From Geosiphon pyriformis uo1 (taxonomy: Eukaryota > Fungi > Glomeromycota), in contig JAAOMT010000198.1 of the NCBI GenBank assembly GCA_016748015.1, positions 46,797-110,796 of the forward strand: a stretch of DNA of 64,000 bases. The letters are read 5' to 3'. Below are positions 53,880 to 64,000 of this stretch, one piece after another. Under the pieces are notes generated by a model, which was not told where the DNA came from, made no database searches, and saw only the letters and a program-made list of their open reading frames with translations. Position 1 is the first letter of the stretch. Each line of letters opens with the position of its first letter. A program made the position numbers and the translations under genes.

Positions 53880-54650
53880 TTTAAAATTGACGCTGCGCTT
53901 TGGACTATATCAAGTGTCAACTATGTATTGTAAGTGGTCTTGCATTTTCTGATTGCCTTCAATTTATTTGTTGATTCATCGTTGATTGATTGCTTATGTA
54001 TTCCAGTGGCGAGATACCGGTGCTCTGGCCAAGGCAGTTCAGGCAGATGGTGTTGGATTTTTAAACGACATCAACAATTATGCTATCGTTTGTTGTGAGG
54101 GCGCAAGACCCGGTGCTTCAGCAAAAAAGGCATTTGATGATGATGTAAAAAATGCTAGAAGCTTGGTGGGTCTTTTCAATCACATTGTCCTATTTGAAGC
54201 AAACACCAGGAGACAGCTTTTTCCAGATCTGAAGACATACGGTGCTGCCACGTTTAAGACAAAGATGTCTCTGATTATGCTGGACTACCGTGGTATATGT
54301 AACGCATGAATTTTGTAAATGTCACCTTCCTATAAATATTTATATTCGACTTTTTGAAGTGGATCTTTTTACATTGCCCAGGGACTGGGTAGACATGCCG
54401 GACTTCGTCTTCTTATACGAAGCCGTAGTTAAATGGACAGTAGGTATATTTGCGTATTATGATCTGTATTTGAGCATGTTAATAACAAATAAGCAGTTAT
54501 GTATTAAATTTGATGCTCAAGGGTTTGATCGCAAACTGTAAGAAGAGGAGAATGGGCAGATATTTGGAAGTTTGAATAGCAAGAAATCTAGAATGATTAC
54601 ATTTGGGAGTAATAAGATTGAATTGGTGTCAAGTTTTGATGACATGGCAC
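53880..54650 (+). pseudogene. C-terminal exons of a gene with a PD-(D/E)XK-like (REase/Crinkler-type) domain; 5' part missing at the TE-block edge
   Basis: Normal GC and CpG content resumes at ~53880. Translation gives VQADGVGF...AIVCCEGARP...FDDDVKNARSL...TYGA...LFEVDLFTLP, resembling the D...ExK-type C-terminal nuclease-like domains common in Mucoromycota. The family call is from memory. Confidence 0.5.
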
Positions 54651-54922
54651 TATAGTTTATGGTATAACGGCAATCATAATATTTTTAGCACTTTGTTGTA
54701 GTACGCTCCAAATTATAAACAAACAATTAATTTTAAAATTAATATGTAGTACAAAAGCTAACTTTACTCATTTCTGTATTACAATTTGTATTGGTGACGT
54801 ATATGATAGGATAAACAAAACTATTATATCGTAACTCATTGTCCCATAAATAAATAATGGTGGTAAGATACAAAATAAGAGGTATTTCAAAATTTATTGC
54901 AGAATTGAAATCGTCGGAATGA

Positions 54923-56567
54923 TCAAAATTGAGGACCGGTTGTAACCCCACCTGCTGGGCTATGATTTTGATTCCAAGAAAGGTATGTGTGATCCCCAAG
55001 TTTTCTGTGGTTTCAAAAGATAATATGAGTGAAAATTGGCATCACGCTCGCAAGTACAAAAGCTAATCATATATTTCATTCAAAGATATAACTAACCTTG
55101 GCTTATATAAATGTCTAGCTGTAAAGAGGGATCCGAGAACCACACAGACAATACCAACTGTAATATACGCAATACCCAGGAATGGATTTTTGCCACCGAG
55201 AAAAGAAACAGTAGAAATTACAATAGATTTAGTACCACCGTATTTTATCACAGGGAACCCTTAATTTTGAAGAGGTAGGTTAATTAGAAATTTTTTTTAA
55301 AAAAGCTTGTTGACTCTGGAATAGCAACTTACAATAGTCTATTTCAATTTGATATAATCCAGCTTTCATTGGTTGGGTCTTATTTTTTCCATATAATTTT
55401 CTAAAATCAGGTAATCCAGCAGTGCGCATCCAAACCTGGAAATGCTCATCAGTTTTAAGCTGAGGTTTAGTTGTTTCATTATATCGACCATCTACATATC
55501 TTTGACTCCAATTGGGAGGTGGTTGAATGTCTTTCACGTCGTATTTTGTGACCTCGTATTTTTGCTTATCCGAAGGCCATGCGATATTTTGGTAAGAGAA
55601 TTCATAGGGCTCACTTGCAGCAGTCGGGTTGGCTGCATTCAGAAGCTGGGGATTGTAGATTGTATCTGTGATATTTTAATTATCAATTAATAAGCATGAA
55701 ACTTTTTATAGTTGAAAGGTTGATAATTCAATGATTTTCTTACCGTTAAACATAGAATTAGCAATCAACCCACAAGGATAGTAAATAATTCCGTCACTTT
55801 CCGCTAAAGGCTTACAATTTCCTGATTTCAAAGTATTAATGCTTACAGCTTCACCTTTTAATTGCTTGGCATCAAAACTCTTTACATATCTTCGGTGGTT
55901 TTGATAAAAATTGGTCAAGCGGTAATAAAGAAAAACAGTATTTTTCAACTCGGATGGTATGGTAAATTTAATAACACATGTTATAGCGTTAACAAAATTC
56001 CCGTCAATACCCCCGTCAAGTTTATATGGAATGGTTCGGTTATATTTAGCCCAACTTGGACTAGCGTTCAATGTTGTATTGCTTTGGGCAAAATTAGTTT
56101 CCACCGTACCTTCAGGCATTTGGGTGAAGTGTAAGGAGTTATTATTGAAACTATACTGAGCCTTTTCTAAACAACTCGTGTAGTCTATGTTCAACTCCGA
56201 AACCTTTAGTGGTGCAAATTAGAGAAGTTTCAAATTGTTATGTTTTGTAATCAAATTGTTGCCAGTAAAAAATTAAATCAGTCAAGAAGTCTGAGTACTT
56301 ACACTATCGCTAGCGTACAACAGAAGCCCTCCTAACGGAGCAAATATGATGCCAACAATAAAAAAAGTTGGCAGCACGGTTTTTGGAGTGAGGATTGGTT
56401 GCCATGCCTTTAAACGCTGTTGTTTAAAAGCTGTATCTTTGAATATGTGAGGAGATAAAACTTATTTTAGCTCAAGAACTTGGAATAGATTAACAAAAAG
56501 AAAGCTTATGTTTCAAGATAGAGAACATACTGGTTGGTTTACGGCTTTTTGGTTCTTTTGGAGCCAT
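54923..56567 (-). CDS. CDC50: CDC50/LEM3 family P4-ATPase (flippase) beta subunit, multi-exon
   Basis: [110 protein letters not shown]. Confidence 0.97.
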
Positions 56568-56778
56568 TTAAAAACCAAGTTGTTGATGCGGTAGTCAAAG
56601 GCCAACTCTTCTTAAAATTGACTTGTTTAAAGAAGGCTGTCACTTTGGATGAAAGAATTCTTTGAGGCTTTGATAGAGGCGAAAGGCCAAAATGTTTTGA
56701 TTGCTTGTTTTTCAGATCACAAGCTCATGATCTAAAAATAGATTTTAATTGAACTTCCTCAATGGAATCAAATGAAGA

Positions 56779-56860
56779 ACGCGTTTCATAATCTCCAGGT
56801 ATCATAAACTATCTACTGCTTAAAAGAATCAAACGTTTACTTGAACTCCTCATAACGCGT
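56779..56860. promoter_or_regulatory. Two MluI cell-cycle box (ACGCGT) motifs in the ~300-bp divergent CDC50/ORC6 intergenic region
   Basis: ACGCGT at 56779-56784 and 56855-56860, just upstream of the ORC6 ATG (56875). Confidence 0.55.
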
Positions 56861-56874
56861 CAGCGCAAAAGAAA

Positions 56875-58083
56875 ATGTCAGAAAAACACCAACTTTATCA
56901 TCTAATAAAATCTTTAAATCTTGAGCACGAAGATTCAGCTCTTCCTAAAAAGGCCTGCCAGTTTTTTCAAGAAATTAACGCCAAAAATCCTCACAGCACT
57001 CTTACCAGTAGTTTGACATGCAAGCTATTGATTTGCATCCAACTTGCTTGCGAAAGGTAGAGATTCCCGAGCTCCATTTATAACTTATTTGTCATAAGAA
57101 GCCTCGAGTAGATTTATTCACAAATTTGCGATATGTAAAGCCTCGGCATATCATATAACAGGAAAAATCTCCTTAATTTGTCTCAAATTACTCCTTCAAA
57201 ATATAATGCTACTTTGGATGCTGTAAAATCCTTTTTCAAATTGGGTTCTTTAACATTTGAAGCATTGGGAGTACAATTTGGATGTCAAATGGTAGTTGAA
57301 CATGCTGAAGTTATGTTTGAATTCTTTCAAACCGAATGGGTAAAGTCCCTATCGGCTGGACAGAGAGAGAAAGTGGACTGGAACAAGAATGTTCACAAAA
57401 TGGCCGTCTTTTGGTGTTGCTGTAAGGCTTTAGGGGTGGGTGATTCTTTCCTTTCGGCTTTTAAAGTCTTTTCTTTCTCAAACTTAATATCATTCCAAAT
57501 TGCAATCAGATACGAATATCCAAAGATGAATTACTTGCCTGTCAAAACTCATGTTCAAACTCAGATTTGAATACACATATAAAGTTTGTCGAATCGAATT
57601 GTAAGTCTTTAATAGAAGATTTGCGAAGCCAAAATAAAGGTACTCCAATCAAAAGTCCCAGCAAGAAAAGCTCTTTGGCTCAAAAAGCTTCTCCTAAAAC
57701 TCCGACTAAACGTTCAAGGAAAAGCCATAGTCCACAAACTTCAGGAAGCACAAATAAGATCCTGGTAGAAAGAAAAAACAATCAAATTTATGAGGAAGAA
57801 TATCAAAAAGAAAGTTATTATATGAGGAAAAGGAAATATAATCCATTTTCTTTTGGCGAAATGGTAATACTTGAAACTAGCAAATCTTTATCATCTAATA
57901 AATCATCATTAAATTACCATTCTAACCAAATAGATAGCCAACGACAAGCTTACAAGAGAGTATCAGGACTACTTAAATTGGCGAAAAGAAATCTTGATGC
58001 AACTAGAATATGTTCCTTATTCAAAAGATTTAGAACATTCCGCCACGAATACGAATGAAGAATTTTTCTTATCCCAGTCTTGA
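56875..58083 (+). CDS. ORC6: Origin recognition complex subunit 6, multi-exon
   Basis: ICIQLACER, LTFEALGVQFGC, D-W...AVFWCCCKAL, and a basic S/TP-rich linker (TPIKSPSK, SPKTPTK). The last exon, after the intron at ~57864-57932, encodes TREYQDYLNWRKEIL, matching the ORC6 C-terminal DYxxWK motif. Confidence 0.75.
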
Positions 58084-58296
58084 TTAAGGCCATCAGATGT
58101 GAAAAACATAAAGGGAAAAAATTGGGGAGCTAATTTTGACGAAATTATTTGAAAAAAAGCCTACAGCCAGTAGTGCGTAATGCAATAAAATCTACATGGA
58201 CACTATCAATTACTGTAGGGAATTAAATATGACCACTTTACAAAGCTTCAGAGAATCCTTTTTTTAATTTGTACTTCTAATAGTGGAATGCCCATA

Positions 58297-59354
<1,058 letters not shown>

Positions 59355-59873
59355 TTTTAGACACTTTGGAAAGTAGATGGCACAAGTTTACCCAAGGACA
59401 GAGGTGATATCTCGTTCGTACTGAGACTTTGTTTTGAGTTTGTGCTGAAAGGTCAAAGAAGGGATGAAATGAGCCTAAACAAGTTTATCACCTCTGCTTT
59501 TGGGTACGAATTGCAACCGACTATATACAAATCAAAAATAATTAACAAAGAAACAATGTAAATTATTTTGGTAGGGAATCCGAAACCAAAATATGAGTTC
59601 AATTTTTTTTTTTAAATTAAATTGATTGTCGCGTATAACATTTATGGAAAAGATTTTCTAGCAATATATTTTCGTGTCACATTTGACTGGCTTGAAATTT
59701 TAAGAAGTCATTAAAAGGAGTTTTTCAAGCCTCAAGCTAAGCCTTTTCACTATCATGTGTTTGAAATTAATAATATTAAATGGGGTATGACGTCATATAA
59801 ATCAAATTATACAATCTACAATAATCGACCAATCCCCAACAGCACTATTAAAAATTCAATAATTTTTGACTGT

Positions 59874-61234
59874 TGTTACGGTTTAAGAATTTAGCAAAAA
59901 GAATCATAAAAATAATACAAACTATTCAATCATAATATAGCACAGTAATAATCTTAGAAAGGTAATGATTAACATAGTAGCAAACACCATCTCGCGATAG
60001 TGGCAAGCACCAGTTCACAATAGCAGCCAACACCAACTGGTGATAGCAGCAAACACCAGGTTGAAATATCAAAAAGAAAGTATTTTCTCGTAGAACTACA
60101 AACATGTATATATACAGTAGTTTTAATATTNNNNNNNNNNNNNNNNNNNNAAAATTTTCCAATATCCACAGGAAACACTAAGGAACGCGCCAACAAAACC
60201 AAAGAAAATTTAGAAACTAATCAGGAAAGTAACCAGCAAAAACTAGGAACACCAGCTCAAACACCAAAGAAAACTGTCACTCAATTAATAAAAAAACAAC
60301 GTATTTATTCACCAGAAGATAAATCATACCATTTTTCACCAGAAAATAAGATACAAATTCCATTAGGAGCTGCATCATCATCAACATCAACTCCACAAAC
60401 GCCAAGAACTCCTAATTATATTGATAAAATTAAACAATGTAACTGGGGAGACATACCAATTACAGGAGAATATTCATCACTATTCTAAAACCCTCTTTTT
60501 CAGCCAAAATTTAGAACGGGGTTTGAAAACCGTGAAGAGGAGTCTGAATCGGAATCCGAAAAAGAGACCAGCGAAAAAACAATCACAAGACCAGTCACTG
60601 GAACAAGCAGCCAGTCCAGAAACCAAGAAACTCGTGATCAAGAGGAAGAACTGGATATAAGAGAAGCCACCTTTAGGAACGCTTAAGGAAATATCATCCC
60701 ACCTCCTCTTAGACCAATAAACCCACCAGCAGAAAACGGCAACGAAATGACCACACCATACATTGCAAGACTAACAGATTNNNNNNNNNNNNNNNNNNNN
60801 AGAAACTTACTTGTATTATTTATTGAATGAAACTATCATTCATCAACTGAATCCCTTGGAAGAATAATCCTTGATCAAGATTATTCACGTTGTTACTAAT
60901 TGATAAAAGCTTTATTGTGAGAATTAGAAAAGCACTAAAGACCATTAACATTTTGTGTTTCTAGATTAGAGAAACACATCAGGCAATTGCAAGGATAGCC
61001 TCAAAGAAGACCTCAGACAGTGGGTAGATTTCAGTTCAGCCTCTGAGAAGGAGTACATAAATACACACAACAATCAAGAATTAAAGAATAACTTACATCA
61101 CAACAGTAAAAAGAAAGCCTTCAGTGTAACAGTGACATTATCACACAAATAGAATTAAGGAACTCACGAAAGACTGATTGCAATTAAAGCGGGATATCAG
61201 CAATTAAATATAACAAGAAAACTATTCCGTAACA
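59874..61234 (+). mobile_element. Gypsy LTR region broken by assembly gaps, with a second nested LTR end (60801-61097) and a duplicated gag leader (60151-60780)
   Basis: TGTTACGG at 59874 and CCGTAACA at 61227-61234 are perfect 8-bp terminal inverted repeats. 60151-60240 is nearly identical to 61598-61687. N gaps at 60131-60150 and 60781-60800. Confidence 0.7.
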
Positions 61235-61236
61235 TT

Positions 61237-61254
61237 TGGTGAACCCTACGAGGA
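61237..61254 (+). other. Primer-binding site, resembles the complement of a tRNA-Trp 3' end
   Basis: LTR end ...TAACA is followed by TT and TGGTGAACCCTACGAGG. Its complement ...CTCGTAGGGTTCACCA resembles eukaryotic tRNA-Trp ends (...CACGTCGGG(G/T)TCACCA). Confidence 0.55.
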
Positions 61255-64000
61255 AAGAAAATCAAAAAGGAAATAATAATTAGCAATAATTCATTGCTAA
61301 AAAGGAAAAGACAAAAGTGGTGACAAAACCCCTAATCTTACTGTTCTTGAATTCTGCCGTGCTATTTACACACAAAATCAGAGTGATCCTGGATTACCAG
61401 AAGAGTGTTGTCCAGCAGAATCTGCCCTCACTTATTATATCAACGCCAGAATAAATTATCATATAGGAAAGGAAGAAGAACCATATGACGCAAAACTTGG
61501 ATTGTATAGAAAATTATCACAATACACTACAAAAAAAGTAGCAGTAATAGCCGCAACTATTGTCAAAATCCATCGAGAAATTGAGCAATACGCCAACGAA
61601 AATTTTCCAATATCCACAGGAAACACTAAGGAACGCGCCAACAAAACCAAAGAAAATTTAGAAACTAATCAGGAAAGTAACCAGCAANNNNNNNNNNNNN
61701 NNNNNNNGAGGAAGAAGAAACGGACGTGCACACATGGCTCAGAGAAGCACAAAAAGCCATCCAGGCAAATAACTGGAATGACCAAAGAGCAATTTAAACA
61801 TTATCTTTCTTCCTGAAAGGCACAGCTGACTCGTGGTATCAAAGCCTGGAAACAAAACCCACGAGCTTCGCCGAATTTAAAAATGCACTCCTGGAGTATT
61901 TTAGCGACCCAAACGCCGTAATCCAACTACAGAACGAATTCAATACTATTAAGCAAAATACCGGTGAAACTGTCACCCAATACCTTGCTCGATTCAATCG
62001 AATTCGCCATCAGATTGAAGCGATTGAACAAGGATACTACACTGATCCTCAGGTTTTAAATCAGTTTATTAGAGGATTAAAAAGCAGCATTTTAGGAAGA
62101 GTACGCCCTGCCCACCCTAATTCCTTACCAGAAGCCGTTACACTCACCAGAGCCCTTGAATCGGCTGAGAAAGAAGCTAACCATAGTCAAATGGTTAACA
62201 TGGTAATAGAGGAAAATAAGACAGAAACATTAGAAAAAAGAGTAATGCGATTAGAGAAGGAACTCTCTAAGAAAATAGAAAGTTACCTCATCCCGGATCC
62301 AAGAAAAAATACATACCAACCACCCCAAAGACGCAGCCAGGAAGTCAGTGACAGTCGAAATAATCACTCGTCGTGCCAGGAATTCAGAACAGAAACACGC
62401 GCCTGCCATTTTTACAAACGCGTAGAACATTTGATTAGTCAATGTCGAACGCGAATGATGCAGGAAGCACGCGAAAATAATTACTATGCGCCACCCCAAA
62501 TGCCCAGAAACCAGTACACACCAATATCACGCCAATATCTCACCACGTATCAAAATCAAGGAGCTTACCAGCAACAGCCTATGATAGCCAACCCGAATTG
62601 GCGTCCCAAGGCCCGAAATCAGCCCATGTGGAACCAGAATGCGTTGGTCCAGAGGAATCTAAACCGTGCCGGAACCAATCAGCAAACCAATCCAAACTAC
62701 CAAAATTATCAACAAACTTATCTTAATATACCGGAAAACCTGATCATCGGAAACAATGATGGTAAAAACATAAACAGAACCAAGAATTCCTCCAAATTGA
62801 GCCAGACAATACCACCAGCAGTTGCCACCGAAGATAGCAGCCTTGCAGCTATTTTTCCTTTTGAATTAGAGGAAAACGAGGCTATGTTCAGTGGAGCAGC
62901 ATTGGACGAAAAACGCCCAATCACTGCTATGTATACAGAAGCCACTGTAAACAATACTCCAATCAAACTTATCTTAGACAGCAGATCTGCTGGAAGCATC
63001 ATAACGCTTCAACTAGTAAACCAACTGGGTTTCAAAGTTGATCGTGCCGCGACGTCCCAAATCATAACAGCTGATGGAAGTACAAAGCTGCCTCATGACG
63101 AAATCGACTCATTCCCTTTCAAAATTAACGGCATAGTAATATCTACAAAAGTATTAGTAATGGACGCTACACAATATCAAGTATTAGTAGGGAATGACTG
63201 GCTAACAAAAGCCAACGCCACCCTAGACTGGACCACCCAAGAGCTTCTGATCAATTATAATGGCCACCAGGCCAAAATTCCAGCCATCTGTGGCCACTTC
63301 CAAAAACCCAGCGCCAACCAAAGACCTACCTTCGAATTTGAGGAAAATCCAGCACTACCAGCCATCGAAACCTATCAGCTCTCTTGGGCTGATGACCAAA
63401 GAACAAGACTACCAGCCGTACCAACATGGACCAGTAAAGAAAGATCCGAATAGAACCAGATAAGTTCACGAAGAAACCACCAGCGACGCAGACCAAAGCT
63501 AAAATGCTCGGTTTGCAAGAAAAAACTCTCGTCTATGACTGCGTGCAGCACACCGGACGAAAACCCAAGAAACCCCACCCACTACTATTGTAACCGTTGT
63601 AACAAAAAAAAATATGGTTACCCAGAAAGACACGGAAAATGGGACGAGGAACCATGCCTCGCTTGTGGAGAACCGTTACCAAGAGGGTGCGACTGGAACA
63701 ACTTACCAGACAGAGGAGGAACGTGTGACGCAACTTGCCAATACACGATCCTTATCTGTGACTGGGTAAGAGGAGGAACGCCATTCAAAGCAGCGTTTAA
63801 CAGAGCGTTAAAAAGACTACAGCACTACCCACACAACAAGGACGAGTTGTATAACACCACACAAGCCAAAGTAAGAGGAGGAACCGCCAAAGAAATATGA
63901 CGTTGGAAAGAGTCAGCCAAAGTAGCCGACGAAGTCGCCAGCTACAACATGTTCGACCCAGTGGACGAATTCCAGGACTACTACCAACAACTATGCCCCA
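61255..64000 (+). mobile_element. Ty3/Gypsy LTR retrotransposon gag-protease region, mildly degenerate, continues beyond the window
   Basis: Retrotransposon gag: WLREAQKAI...FLKGTADSWYQSL...IKQNTGETVTQYLARF...QFIRGL. Knuckle CHFYKRVEHLISQC (C>Y). Aspartic protease KLILDSRSAGSII (DSG>DSR)...VLVGNDWL. In-frame stops at ~61795, 63451 and 63898. Confidence 0.92.

Noticed and set aside
60151-60240. Near-exact duplicate of 61598-61687 as a real tandem element duplication
   Set aside because: Both copies abut N gaps, so it may be a scaffolding or collapsed-repeat artefact.
63451-63453. Programmed stop read-through in the Gypsy polyprotein
   Set aside because: The stop lies after the protease rather than at the gag-pol junction, and is simply explained as TGG>TAG like the element's other transition lesions.

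Overview
Eukaryotic, intron-rich, AT-rich fungal DNA. Gene and transposon style suggest Mucoromycota/Glomeromycotina, possibly Geosiphon-like; this is inference, not a database result. Gene islands contain an unknown membrane protein, a frameshifted 2OG-Fe(II) oxygenase, a class-3 lipase lacking its nucleophile Ser, a repetitive GPI-type surface protein, VPS13, CDC50, ORC6 and adenylate kinase. These alternate with two extremely AT-rich transposon graveyards (~10.0-23.5 kb and 44.5-53.9 kb) and a gapped Ty3/Gypsy nest at the right end. Three signals stand out. (1) Two apparently full-length ~2.2-kb 'ORF1-only' non-LTR elements end in the same ~125-nt 3' tail as the APE-RT-RNase H (ORF2) LINE copies, suggesting a split or half-LINE system. 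(2) That tail occurs six times and shows compensatory base changes consistent with a multi-stem, possibly pseudoknotted RNA. (3) Paired repeat copies show strongly directional C>T/G>A erosion in mostly non-CpG contexts, stopping at element boundaries, which resembles RIP in a lineage where RIP is not established. All alignments and counts were done by eye and are approximate.
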